Virus record (IMG/VR): IMGVR_UViG_3300009183_000103
Location: 1 to 60,596 of that record
Reading direction: 5' to 3' (one strand)
DNA length: 60,596 bases
Source: a virus
Lineage: Duplodnaviria > Caudoviricetes
The notes under the pieces: model-generated
Databases searched by the model: none
What the model saw: only the letters and a program-made list of their open reading frames with translations
Told to the model about the DNA's origin: nothing
Part shown: piece by piece, positions 18,359-27,519 of the stretch
How the letters are laid out: each line of letters starts with the position of its first letter
Position numbering within the stretch: the first letter of the stretch is position 1
Program-made: the position numbers and the translations under genes

Positions 18359-19733
18359 GCCACTTACACTCCTGCCAAAACTCTTTCATTTGCGGGAAGG
18401 TTTGTTCAAAACTTAAACCTCGACGTTGATCATATTCATGGAAGAAACGATAAAAGTCAGCACGTGTGTCATGTAGATACTTCTCACTTAACTTTTTGCC
18501 TTTTTTCATCCAATCAATATCTCGATGTAAACGTTGGATTTCATAATCTTTAAATCCATCATAGCGACCGCTGCCTTCTTCTAAGCGATGTAATTCCATC
18601 CATTTAGCAACATTTTCTAAAATGCGTACATAACTTTCTGGAAGTATCTGTAGACTTTGCCAACTTGGCGTTCTCAACACAGGAGTATCAAACCAAACAC
18701 GTTGATAGGTAGTACTGTATAACTTACGCAACTCTAAGATGTGTTCTAATAGACGTTGTAGTCCCAAGATACTAAGATTATTCATTGTGATGATATAGGT
18801 CAAGCTATTACGATTAGGCACTTCAGTTAGGTAACGATGTACATAGGCTTGATTGCGTTGGAATTCTAATCCATCGCGGATATATTCAGCATGTTCAGCG
18901 ATGCCTGTATCTAAACTTACATACTGCATGAAGTGTTCTATCTTAGTACCTGTACATAAGTCTTTAACTTTAGCAATATATTTTACAAACAAGTCTTCTG
19001 GGACGCTAAAATTACTTGTAACGTCAACGTGTAAATCGCTCTTAGGTGCAGCCAGAATATAATCAAATACACGATGCGTATTCTTATCCATAAGAGGTTC
19101 GCCACCCGTCATACGGAAGTGTTTAAGACTACCATATAGCTCAGGCCACCAACGCCAGAATGCTTCTACATAGGGATTGTTCTCACGCACAGGAATAGGT
19201 TGGCGGCGGCCTTTGAAATGCATGGGATCGTTGTGTGGACTCTTTGTAGGATATGCTCCCCAACGGTCAATATCCTTGCCCCATTCAGTTGAAAACTGCG
19301 GGCTACAATAACTACATGCTAGATTACACCCATGACTAAAGTTTACTTCAACATAACTTGGAGTAACATCTGCGTCCCATGGTAGATCTTTGATTTCATC
19401 GTAATGACTAGCGGCCCAAGGCTCGCCACTACGATAATGGCGATCACTTAAATGTCCAGCATCTTCCATATTCCAGCAATAGTTACATTCTTTAGGACGC
19501 TCGCTGTTGAGCATCTTTTTACGTTGTTCTTTCTTATATGCTGTGTTATGTAAGGCACTAGGGTGAAACTCCAATGGGTGTACATCAATCTCATGCAATG
19601 GAGGATGGTAACAACTGTTATTAAGTCCTGTTGGTAAGTGTAGGCTTACCTGTTGCCATTTGGCTAGACATAATGCAGGACCTAACTTGTCTTTCATCTC
19701 CTCTGCCGCTGTCATAAATGTACTTTTACTCAC
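18342..19733 (-). CDS. Radical SAM protein with N-terminal Cys/His auxiliary domain
   Basis: CNLACSYC, GGEP; N-terminal CLAKW...SCYH...CNYC. Confidence 0.92.
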   Translation of the reverse strand: MSKSTFMTAAEEMKDKLGPALCLAKWQQVSLHLPTGLNNSCYHPPLHEIDVHPLEFHPSALHNTAYKKEQRKKMLNSERPKECNYCWNMEDAGHLSDRHYRSGEPWAASHYDEIKDLPWDADVTPSYVEVNFSHGCNLACSYCSPQFSTEWGKDIDRWGAYPTKSPHNDPMHFKGRRQPIPVRENNPYVEAFWRWWPELYGSLKHFRMTGGEPLMDKNTHRVFDYILAAPKSDLHVDVTSNFSVPEDLFVKYIAKVKDLCTGTKIEHFMQYVSLDTGIAEHAEYIRDGLEFQRNQAYVHRYLTEVPNRNSLTYIITMNNLSILGLQRLLEHILELRKLYSTTYQRVWFDTPVLRTPSWQSLQILPESYVRILENVAKWMELHRLEEGSGRYDGFKDYEIQRLHRDIDWMKKGKKLSEKYLHDTRADFYRFFHEYDQRRGLSFEQTFPQMKEFWQECKWHAETP

Positions 19734-20619
19734 GTTCCATTACTCCTTGATTTTTAAACACACTCTTATAGTGATGTTTAAAGAATTTACTTTCTTCTGC
19801 GTCCATGTCTACGATAGGTAGACTTAATTTTTGCCTTAAAATATTTCCAATACTGGTACAATTATCTGGTTCGTGGTCTTTAAATTCTTTCCATAGTATG
19901 GCTAACTTATCAAAGTCTTGTACATCACGATAATCCCAATTATTCAGCATGGTCATCCAGGTGCCTAACCTGGCTCCATATATACTCCAAAAGCCATTTT
20001 CTACATCTGCGCCCACTGATTGCCAAATACACAAATGATCGTAGTTGCGATTATGTACACGAACTTCAAAGTCTACCAGACCTGGCTTACGACCACGATC
20101 CAAACACATCTTAACTCCTTCACGAAATCCGGCGCGCCATGCTTGGAATGGTGTTGCATTAGGATATGTGGTACTATAGCAATCGTGCATGGCCCAATAA
20201 TCCGGATAAAAACAAAATTCTACATCATTGGCTTCTGTACCATCTGTGTTCTCATGTGTCTTCATAGCATAGACGAATTCTTTAGTCCAGCAACTTAGTC
20301 CACCGTTGCCATACATCAATCCATTTATTGTATTACGTGCCTTCCATCGGAATACTTTATTGCTGGAATCTTTATCTAACTTTAACTGTAGATTAAAAAA
20401 TTCTGCGTCAGGAATATTATCACCGTCAATCAATAAGAAACGGTCTGTGGTGCTAGCATCTGCTGCGGCTTTATGTGCGGCATCACTGCCTTTAATGCCA
20501 TCTACACGTTGAGCCCAGGGCACCATGTTTTGTATCTGTATCCAAGTTTCTTCTTTCCTAGGTTCATCATAACTCAGATATATACAATCTAAGTCTGCTA
20601 TATCAATTAATTGTGTCAT
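19726..20619 (-). CDS. Glycosyltransferase-like protein (GT-A-like, DGD motif)
   Basis: AAHKAAADASTTDRFLLIDGDN: helix, hydrophobic strand, then DxD, as in GT-A enzymes. Confidence 0.65.
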   Translation of the reverse strand: MTQLIDIADLDCIYLSYDEPRKEETWIQIQNMVPWAQRVDGIKGSDAAHKAAADASTTDRFLLIDGDNIPDAEFFNLQLKLDKDSSNKVFRWKARNTINGLMYGNGGLSCWTKEFVYAMKTHENTDGTEANDVEFCFYPDYWAMHDCYSTTYPNATPFQAWRAGFREGVKMCLDRGRKPGLVDFEVRVHNRNYDHLCIWQSVGADVENGFWSIYGARLGTWMTMLNNWDYRDVQDFDKLAILWKEFKDHEPDNCTSIGNILRQKLSLPIVDMDAEESKFFKHHYKSVFKNQGVMERE

Positions 20620-20959
20620 AATATTCTACATCCAAATATGTTTCATTTGATTCCAATACCAAACCTGCATGATGTTTAACTACAGCATATCCATGATTAC
20701 TTTTCTTTAATTTTACACGAATTCCCAGGTCAATTGCAATCTTTTCAAGACATTTTCTTTGTACGTTTACCTTATATTGGTAATAATGATCATATAGATT
20801 CCTGTCAACAACCAAATACTGTGTATCTTTTGGGTGTTGTTGCATAGTACACATAGTAATCCTACCTGTATCGTCATAGTGTATACGATATTCGAATGGT
20901 TCTGGTGTCACTGCACCAAAACTCGCAAGAGCTTGATTAAATTCTTCTTCCCAACTCAT
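20603..20959 (-). CDS. Hypothetical protein
   Basis: MSWEEEFNQ...EYRIHYDDTG; GGGGA upstream of ATG 20959. Confidence 0.75.
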   Translation of the reverse strand: MSWEEEFNQALASFGAVTPEPFEYRIHYDDTGRITMCTMQQHPKDTQYLVVDRNLYDHYYQYKVNVQRKCLEKIAIDLGIRVKLKKSNHGYAVVKHHAGLVLESNETYLDVEYYDTIN

Positions 20960-21800
20960 CTTTATATTCCCCAATCAACTCATCTGTTATCCAAGATTTT
21001 TCTTGATAATGCAAAGGATGATATTGATTAATATTGTTAATGCGCACCATCGGCAAATCTGTTTCACACATTACAGAGTCAACCCACTGTGATTGCTGAC
21101 TAAATCCGTTTATTAAAGGCTTCATATGCACAAAATTAATAAAATCTACTCCAGGTAGTGTGCATTTTTCTATTCCTAAAATTTTAGCAGCCAGAGCGTA
21201 GACTACATCTGTAGTAGCATCATTATCTCTACAATTAATCAATACGTGATCCCTAATGTGATCCCAATGTTTATATATTAATCTAGCATGATTAAAAAAG
21301 TTAGCCGATTCTTGACTATAGCGAAAATACATAAGTCCATTGTATACGTCAGGCAATTCATTATCTTCAAACACTTGCCTATATGCACGACTTGGACTTA
21401 GTTGCTGTAGATAATTTCTACAGCCTTGACTTAAAACTATATTACGTAATCTGAATGTATTCCACCAATGCTCTATGCTTCGAGTAAAAATTAAATCACT
21501 TTCTAGTTTAATAGTTTCCTTAAATGGTGTTAGATAAAACGCCTGCCATTCATTGGATAGTTTCCATTCACTGTGTTTAGCGTGATCTTCATCTAAAACT
21601 ATCACATAGTCAAATACTTTGCGATGCTGATCTTGTATTTGTTCATTTGTGTTAGCATCAACTATCACAGCGTATTCACTGCCAGGCATGGTTAATTTAA
21701 TGCTCATGGCTTGAACATAAGCTAATCGTAGATAATCAACAGTACTGTTCTGAGCAATAGTTAAAAATCCCTGGTGACTTTGATGTGCTAGCTTACGCAT
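20937..21800 (-). CDS. GT-A-fold glycosyltransferase-like protein (GT8/mannosyltransferase-like), ExD variant
   Basis: DYLRLAYVQAMSIK, LTPFKETIKLESD, YNGLMYF, HY near the C-terminus. Confidence 0.65.
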   Translation of the reverse strand: MRKLAHQSHQGFLTIAQNSTVDYLRLAYVQAMSIKLTMPGSEYAVIVDANTNEQIQDQHRKVFDYVIVLDEDHAKHSEWKLSNEWQAFYLTPFKETIKLESDLIFTRSIEHWWNTFRLRNIVLSQGCRNYLQQLSPSRAYRQVFEDNELPDVYNGLMYFRYSQESANFFNHARLIYKHWDHIRDHVLINCRDNDATTDVVYALAAKILGIEKCTLPGVDFINFVHMKPLINGFSQQSQWVDSVMCETDLPMVRINNINQYHPLHYQEKSWITDELIGEYKDELGRRI

Positions 21801-22564
21801 ATAGAATTAATAAAATCTTTGAAATTGTCACTCAGTAAATAATCTTTGTCCATTATATGTATGTTTTGTCTAGGTATTATGTAGGCTCGATCCTTTTCTT
21901 TGATTGTTATCATTCCGTGCTTAACTGCCATCGATTTAACTACTTCAGTAAATGTCAGCATAGGCCAAGGGATACCTCGATCTAGTGTTTGATCATACCC
22001 ATTTAATATGTTATCAGCGATAGTGAACGCATAGTCATTTCTAAAACTAGAATAATTTATTTGATAAAGGTTGCAATAGTAATTATAATTTCGTTGTATG
22101 CGACCGACTAGTTCAAATAACATTTTGGTCTTATTTGTTTTCCTAAATAATACTGCGGTAGCCCATTGATATGGCAATCCATACGGTCCCATGCGATCGG
22201 GCCAGCTACCAGATTGGCTATAGTTATGGGTCATGATACGATAATCAAATTCTTGCTCAAACAATTTTAATAGATTCTGATCTAACATAAGATAATCACT
22301 GTCAATTAACAGTGTTTCATCATACGGGCTCAATTTATATGCACAGTAACGATCTCCATTACGCCAAGTTGTCCCTTTACCAGGTTTAGTGTTGATTAAG
22401 GTATTTGTGATATCATTATCTGATATGATAGTAACAGGTAATCCTAGCGTATGTGCAATTAATCGTGCTGAACGTCTGGCTAGTTTAACGTAATCAGTTT
22501 GTTCAGTATTAAACGCAAACAGTAGAACTCCTCTAGACTTTTCTTGTGTGTTTAAGATTGTCAT
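21788..22564 (-). CDS. GT-A-fold glycosyltransferase-like protein (GT8/mannosyltransferase-like)
   Basis: DYVKLARRSA, LSPYDETLLIDSD (DxD), WATAVLF, RNDYAF; paralogue of the neighbouring gene. Confidence 0.7.
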   Translation of the reverse strand: MTILNTQEKSRGVLLFAFNTEQTDYVKLARRSARLIAHTLGLPVTIISDNDITNTLINTKPGKGTTWRNGDRYCAYKLSPYDETLLIDSDYLMLDQNLLKLFEQEFDYRIMTHNYSQSGSWPDRMGPYGLPYQWATAVLFRKTNKTKMLFELVGRIQRNYNYYCNLYQINYSSFRNDYAFTIADNILNGYDQTLDRGIPWPMLTFTEVVKSMAVKHGMITIKEKDRAYIIPRQNIHIMDKDYLLSDNFKDFINSICVS

Positions 22565-22847
22565 GTTGGATATGCCAAGAATTCATAACCATCTGATAAT
22601 GTTGCTTAGACAGTGTTAAAAATTCTGCTCGATTGATTTTAATTGGATTTTGATATGTATCTTCTAGGAACAGTTCATCTGTGTCCCAGCTATTTAGAAA
22701 TGCGATAAGTTCTGGCGAAACCTTAAATAAACCTCCATTATAAGGAACCTGTAGATCTGTTTGGATTTTTTCTCTCAAGATACGTTTGTTTACTTGGTAG
22801 TCAGTGGCTAATCGAATTTCATTCGTAATTTGTTCTAGATCGCTCAT
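22533..22847 (-). CDS. Hypothetical protein, first gene of the modification operon
   Basis: ATG 22847 lies 5 nt after GATAAATA; motifs YNGGLFKV and LEDTYQNPIKI. Confidence 0.75.
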   Translation of the reverse strand: MSDLEQITNEIRLATDYQVNKRILREKIQTDLQVPYNGGLFKVSPELIAFLNSWDTDELFLEDTYQNPIKINRAEFLTLSKQHYQMVMNSWHIQHDNLKHTRKV

Positions 22848-22852
22848 GCAGC

Positions 22853-22860
22853 TATTTATC
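22853..22860 (-). promoter_or_regulatory. Putative gp55-dependent late promoter GATAAATA heading the modification operon
   Basis: One mismatch to the T4 late consensus TATAAATA; intergenic, downstream of a terminator; the motif recurs before structural genes. Confidence 0.75.
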
Positions 22861-22877
22861 GGCCTAAAATTTAACCT

Positions 22878-22907
22878 AAAAAAAAAGCACTCTAGAGGAG
22901 TGCTTTT
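22878..22907 (-). terminator. Rho-independent terminator after the tail gene block
   Basis: Perfect inverted repeat AAAAGCACTC-5 nt-GAGTGCTTTT; on the minus strand the stem is followed by a run of 9 T. Confidence 0.85.
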
Positions 22908-22921
22908 ATATAATTTGTATT

Positions 22922-23875
22922 TTAAGTTATTCCGATAACACCCCAAGTGTTGGCTAAGAATGTAGTTTCTGGAAGGATAATATCAACTCGTGTTGTAACC
23001 GTAACGTTGACCGCATCATTGAAGTTTGAATTAGTCTGTGCTGGTTGAGCTGTTGCTAGGGTAAATGTGATTGTTGATCCTTGATCTCTATTAGAACCTT
23101 GCGGACCATTGGTGCTGACATCCAATCTTAGCCAATCAACGGTATAAGTGTAAGTTGCACTGCTAGATGTTAAATTAGCGTATGTGGTTGGGGTAGTACT
23201 TAAACTAAAATATCCCGCACTCGAATTACTGCTGTTAAGCGTGCCACTAGAACCGGTGCGTGCTGTGTCTGTTTGAGCTCCTACTATTGCGCCACCTAGA
23301 TTAGTTTGGAATAGTGTTACATAGTCACCACTGCGACTTGTAGCATTATTGTTTGTTGCAGTAATCACTAATTGCAGTCTACCGCCTGCATTAAAGAAAT
23401 AACGAGCGGCATCACCCCCACTAGCGAATGTCACTGTCCTACTTGTGGTAAATGTCTTAAATGTTGTAGAATCAGCATATGATTGTGAAGCAGTAAAGTT
23501 TGCTCCAGTAACAGTTGATCCTTGGCTACCCCAATTCCTGTGATTTGTAGCTACGTTACTAACTGCTGATGCTACGTTTGCAAAATAGGTAATAGTTGCG
23601 CCTGCGGTAATACCGATATTAGATCCCGAAGCTAATCTTGCGCCTGCAGCATATTGGTGACCGAGAGTCTGATTTACTGTGTAAACTAATCCTGCCCATT
23701 GTGTAGCTGTCACTAGAGATGATGCTGACACACTTGCGATTTGCGTGGTTGTTTGGCCATATCCCCATTCGGCGCTACCTGTACCCCAAACATAAGCGAT
23801 ATTGCCGGCGACGGTAGTTTGTGCTAGACCATTATAATCTGTTGCTGCTATTAACCCACCAGATGCGTATGCCAT
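22922..23875 (-). CDS. Virion structural protein (Ser/Thr/Ala/Gly-rich)
   Basis: Composition and position after the fibre genes; motifs IAATDYN, GYGQ, ARYFFNAGG; AGGA RBS. Confidence 0.7.
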   Translation of the reverse strand: MAYASGGLIAATDYNGLAQTTVAGNIAYVWGTGSAEWGYGQTTTQIASVSASSLVTATQWAGLVYTVNQTLGHQYAAGARLASGSNIGITAGATITYFANVASAVSNVATNHRNWGSQGSTVTGANFTASQSYADSTTFKTFTTSRTVTFASGGDAARYFFNAGGRLQLVITATNNNATSRSGDYVTLFQTNLGGAIVGAQTDTARTGSSGTLNSSNSSAGYFSLSTTPTTYANLTSSSATYTYTVDWLRLDVSTNGPQGSNRDQGSTITFTLATAQPAQTNSNFNDAVNVTVTTRVDIILPETTFLANTWGVIGIT

Positions 23876-23889
23876 TTTTCTATCCTATT

Positions 23890-25326
23890 TTAACTATTTA
23901 GCTTGACTATGGCTTCTACTATACCTTCGCCTGCTGTTCTTTTATCTTGTAAGCTACGTCCAATGACGTTAAATGCTGTAATTTCTGCGCGACTAGCTGA
24001 TCTAGCCAGGCCAGCACCTGCTGAAACTAATCGATCACCTTTACGCACAGTGCCCGTTACACGCACAGGAACACGTCCTTGCACCGCTACAGCTGGGTGA
24101 GTCGCGTCATTTCCGGCATCACCATTCATTAAGAATGCAGCACGAGTGCTAACGACACCAAATACATCTTCTGTCAGATCTTCGGCAGCCGCTGTAATTT
24201 CTTTAGCACCGCCCAATGCTACCACTGTGCCTGCTGGATATGCAGAATCTGATTCAAAACGTTCTGCCAAGTCAGCGTATTGTGCTGTGATTGCTTGACC
24301 ACGGAATGTTGTAGCCCATACGTTAGCAAAGCTCAATACACTAGATCCAATGCTGATAGCATTGGCACTGCTTGGTAAGATTGAACCAGCAACGATAGTC
24401 GTATTAGCCACTGTTAAAGAACTACCAACTGCTAGATTACCTATTAGACTTGCGGCTCTACTCGAAGCTGCTAGTGTTAAGATAGCTGTTTGGACCCCGT
24501 TTGAATTAACGTCGAAACGTATATTTTTGTTGTTTGTTGTTTCTTGGACTACTGCCACAGAGCCTGAGCTTGCATCTAATACCAAGTCACTACCAATAGT
24601 TGCGCCACCACCTAGAGTTAACGCACCCGTAGTAGTTTGTGGAGTATCTTTAAGCAAGAATTGGCTAGCTGTATAGCCGCCTAATGTGCTAGCACCTGTT
24701 GTAGCACCTGTAAACTGTGCACCAGTTAATGTGCTGGCACTGATTAAGTTAAGTCCTGGAATAATAGTACTGAACCCAGAAATCGCTGTCTGCGGAGTAA
24801 ATGTTGCATCTTTACTTAGGATAGCGATAGCACTATTACTGATATAAAATTTAACTACTACATGACTAGCTGAACTGGTATCTAGTATCGTTTCAACTAC
24901 AGCACCTGATGTACCTGCTGTTGATGTATATGATGGTCCGATAGTGATCCAGGCTGAACCTGACCATACTTTTAACTGTGCATTAGTCGTATCCCACCAA
25001 ATATCACCAGTAACGCTAATTGCGGCGCTAGGTGCTGTTGATGATGTTATCGAACTAGAAATTGGTTTCCATACATTAGTATCAGCATTGTATACCTTTA
25101 GGATATCGTTGACATTGTCGTACCAAAGTTGGCCTGTTAAAGGTTGATTTGGTGGTGTGCTGTTAGAGAAGTTCTCTAGGTGTTGTATGTAGTTTTCGTT
25201 AAGGAAAATACCATAACCAGCATAGTTTTTACCAATTAAGGTAATACTAGTTGCTGTGGTATTTACGGTACCGTCTGCCACTGTAGCTATGACCGCACCT
25301 GCTGTTGTAGTAACTGTATATGCCAT
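23890..25326 (-). CDS. Tail fibre protein with C-terminal intramolecular-chaperone/autocleavage-like domain
   Basis: N-terminal module shared with two paralogues; C-terminal YADLAERF...GTVV...GVVST...GRVPVRV...KGDRLV. Confidence 0.75.
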   Translation of the reverse strand: MAYTVTTTAGAVIATVADGTVNTTATSITLIGKNYAGYGIFLNENYIQHLENFSNSTPPNQPLTGQLWYDNVNDILKVYNADTNVWKPISSSITSSTAPSAAISVTGDIWWDTTNAQLKVWSGSAWITIGPSYTSTAGTSGAVVETILDTSSASHVVVKFYISNSAIAILSKDATFTPQTAISGFSTIIPGLNLISASTLTGAQFTGATTGASTLGGYTASQFLLKDTPQTTTGALTLGGGATIGSDLVLDASSGSVAVVQETTNNKNIRFDVNSNGVQTAILTLAASSRAASLIGNLAVGSSLTVANTTIVAGSILPSSANAISIGSSVLSFANVWATTFRGQAITAQYADLAERFESDSAYPAGTVVALGGAKEITAAAEDLTEDVFGVVSTRAAFLMNGDAGNDATHPAVAVQGRVPVRVTGTVRKGDRLVSAGAGLARSASRAEITAFNVIGRSLQDKRTAGEGIVEAIVKLNS

Positions 25327-25336
25327 TTTTCTAACC

Positions 25337-25358
25337 TATTTATATTATATTATTTATC
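25337..25358 (-). promoter_or_regulatory. Tandem late promoter motifs GATAAATA (25351-25358) and TATAAATA (25337-25344)
   Basis: Exact T4 late consensus plus the variant in a 36-nt intergenic gap. Confidence 0.75.
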
Positions 25359-25362
25359 ACTG

Positions 25363-26223
25363 TTACGGTGCTATGGTTACATAACCGTCGCCACCTGGAT
25401 TTGAAGCTGGTCCACCATTGGTTCCAATGGTAGGAGTAACACCTATAGGTGTTAAATTCTGACCATTTATGCCGGAATAAGCACCACTATCGCCGCCTGG
25501 TGTTGCTCCACCGGCACCTCCTAGCAAGTAGCCGCCACCACCGCCACCACCGCCACCACCGTCACCGGATTTGTCAACGCCTTGAGCACCGGCTGATGTA
25601 GCATTATACGCTGTAGCACCCTGTCCTAATCCGCCACTACCCAATCCTGCACCCCCAGCTCCGCCGCCGCCTGCGGCTACGATAATTTGAGTAGCACCTA
25701 GTCTTACTGTGGTTGCAGCTCCACCGCCGCCACCAGCACCCGATGTGCCTGATCCGCCTGCGTTACCACCGCGGCCACCATTGTATGTTCCAGCTGGATC
25801 TACACCTCCGGCTCCGCTACCAGTTCCACGGACTCCGCCTGCTCCAGCACGGCCACCGCCACCAACTATAAATGTAAATACATCACCGGGTGTTACTTGT
25901 ATAGTAGCTGTTACAACGTTACCAGCAAAGCCAACAGTAGCCGGGTTGCCTCCATCACCACCACCAGATCCACCACCGGCACCAGCTACGATTAAGTTAG
26001 CAGAATGCACACCAGCTGGGATAGTATAGGTATAAGTTCCCGGAGTGCTATAAGTTGTTGTGGTTATATTGTCGGGGTAGAATTGTTTCCAGGTACCATT
26101 ATCATTAACGTATCCGTATCTTACATTAGCAAAAGCACCACCAGTATGCACATAAAGTTGTTGGACCTGATATTGAACATTTCCCGGGCTTGCAGTAGTT
26201 CCGTAGACATATAACTTTGGCAT
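25363..26223 (-). CDS. Glycine-rich tail-tip/receptor-binding-like protein
   Basis: YSTPGTYTYTIPAGV...GAGGG, runs of up to 9 Gly, C-terminal GGDGYVTI. Confidence 0.75.
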   Translation of the reverse strand: MPKLYVYGTTASPGNVQYQVQQLYVHTGGAFANVRYGYVNDNGTWKQFYPDNITTTTYSTPGTYTYTIPAGVHSANLIVAGAGGGSGGGDGGNPATVGFAGNVVTATIQVTPGDVFTFIVGGGGRAGAGGVRGTGSGAGGVDPAGTYNGGRGGNAGGSGTSGAGGGGGAATTVRLGATQIIVAAGGGGAGGAGLGSGGLGQGATAYNATSAGAQGVDKSGDGGGGGGGGGGYLLGGAGGATPGGDSGAYSGINGQNLTPIGVTPTIGTNGGPASNPGGDGYVTIAP

Positions 26224-27506
26224 TATACTTGATACCAGATATCTCCATTACTGCCACCGCTCGGGGGCGATGCAGATATGGTTTTATTACCTTGGCTGTT
26301 CTTACCGGCTGTTGCGATAGTTGTAGTTACATAACTTTGAGTAGCCACAACATTACTTGCGATTAGGATAGATCCAGCTACAGTTAAATTACTTGATACA
26401 TTGATAATATTGGCAGTTACGTTACCAACGATATTACCAAAGAATGTCCGAGCATGTACGTTAGCAAAATTAGTAGATGAACTACCAATATCAATGGTTC
26501 CTACATTGGTTGGTAACAATCCATTCTGGATACTTACTGCTCCTATCAATGTGCTAGTACCAGCTACTGACAGTGCTCCGCCTGCTGAGAAGTTGTCTGT
26601 AACAGCAATAGATTTTTCAAAACTCACACTGCCTGTGCTACCGCTGATCGCAATAGGTTTGACAGTGTTATCCCCAGCAACGTTGGCATAAAAATTAATA
26701 TCTTTGTTATTAGTCGTTCCGGTAAAGTTAACTTCGGTGGCCTGTGTTGATATATTCAATCCACTACCTACGATTAAATTACCACCAACTGTTAGTTGAT
26801 ACGCAGTAGAAGTATTTTGATCGCTACGGAGGAATTGGCCAGCAGTGACCCCATTTAAGAATAATGCATTACTAGCATCACCCGTAAATTGTGCACCAGT
26901 TAATGTGCTGGAACTTACTAGATTAAATCCGGGTTTGATCGTAGCAAAGCCAGCGATGGATGTCTGTGGAGTAAATGTTGCGTCATAGCTGATGATACCA
27001 ACTATGTTATTATTAACCTTAAATTGTATGACTACGTGATTGTTACTGCTAGAGTCTACGATAGTAGTAACCACTGCTCCTGATCCAGCTAGGGTGCTGG
27101 GAGGACCGATAAGTATCCAATCTAAATCTACTTCACTCCAAGCATAAAGCTGATTATTGGCAGTATCGAACCATAAGTCCCCGGGCGACCCAGATGCAGG
27201 AGCTCCATCTTGTGAAATACTGCTGCCGACAGGTTTCCAAACATTCGCTCCAGTATTCCATACTTTCAATGTGTTTATAGTTGGAGTGGTGTCATACCAA
27301 AGCATACCTGTAAGTCTTTTTGCTTGATCAGGTGCTGTATTAGCGGCAAAATTTTCTAGAAGATGTACAAAGTTTTCATTTAAGAAAGCACCATAACCTG
27401 CGTAGTCTCTACCAATTAAAGTTAGTGGAGTAGCAGAGGTATTGATTGTTGCGTCTTGGACTGTGGCAATTGGATTGCCAATCGTAGTAGTTATTGAATA
27501 TGCCAT
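26223..27506 (-). CDS. Tail fibre protein (paralogue)
   Basis: LTLIGRDYAGYGAFLNENFVHLLENF, GxLWYD/GDLWFD repeats, C-terminal GDIWYQ. Confidence 0.75.
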   Translation of the reverse strand: MAYSITTTIGNPIATVQDATINTSATPLTLIGRDYAGYGAFLNENFVHLLENFAANTAPDQAKRLTGMLWYDTTPTINTLKVWNTGANVWKPVGSSISQDGAPASGSPGDLWFDTANNQLYAWSEVDLDWILIGPPSTLAGSGAVVTTIVDSSSNNHVVIQFKVNNNIVGIISYDATFTPQTSIAGFATIKPGFNLVSSSTLTGAQFTGDASNALFLNGVTAGQFLRSDQNTSTAYQLTVGGNLIVGSGLNISTQATEVNFTGTTNNKDINFYANVAGDNTVKPIAISGSTGSVSFEKSIAVTDNFSAGGALSVAGTSTLIGAVSIQNGLLPTNVGTIDIGSSSTNFANVHARTFFGNIVGNVTANIINVSSNLTVAGSILIASNVVATQSYVTTTIATAGKNSQGNKTISASPPSGGSNGDIWYQV

Positions 27507-27519
27507 TCTTTCGCCTTAA

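Noticed and set aside
11289-19733. Assignment of the radical SAM genes as QueE, MoaA, NrdG or anaerobic sulfatase maturase
   Set aside because: Domain order and size differ, and no queC/queD/folE, moaC, nrdD or sulfatase partner is in the window
22848-22946. N-terminal extension of ORF 22533-22946 in the track
   Set aside because: It runs through the terminator and promoter; ATG 22847 is the better start
25480-26030. GC-rich CCA/CCG repeats and the Pro-rich plus-strand ORF 25709-26029
   Set aside because: Antisense shadow of the poly-Gly codons of 25363-26223
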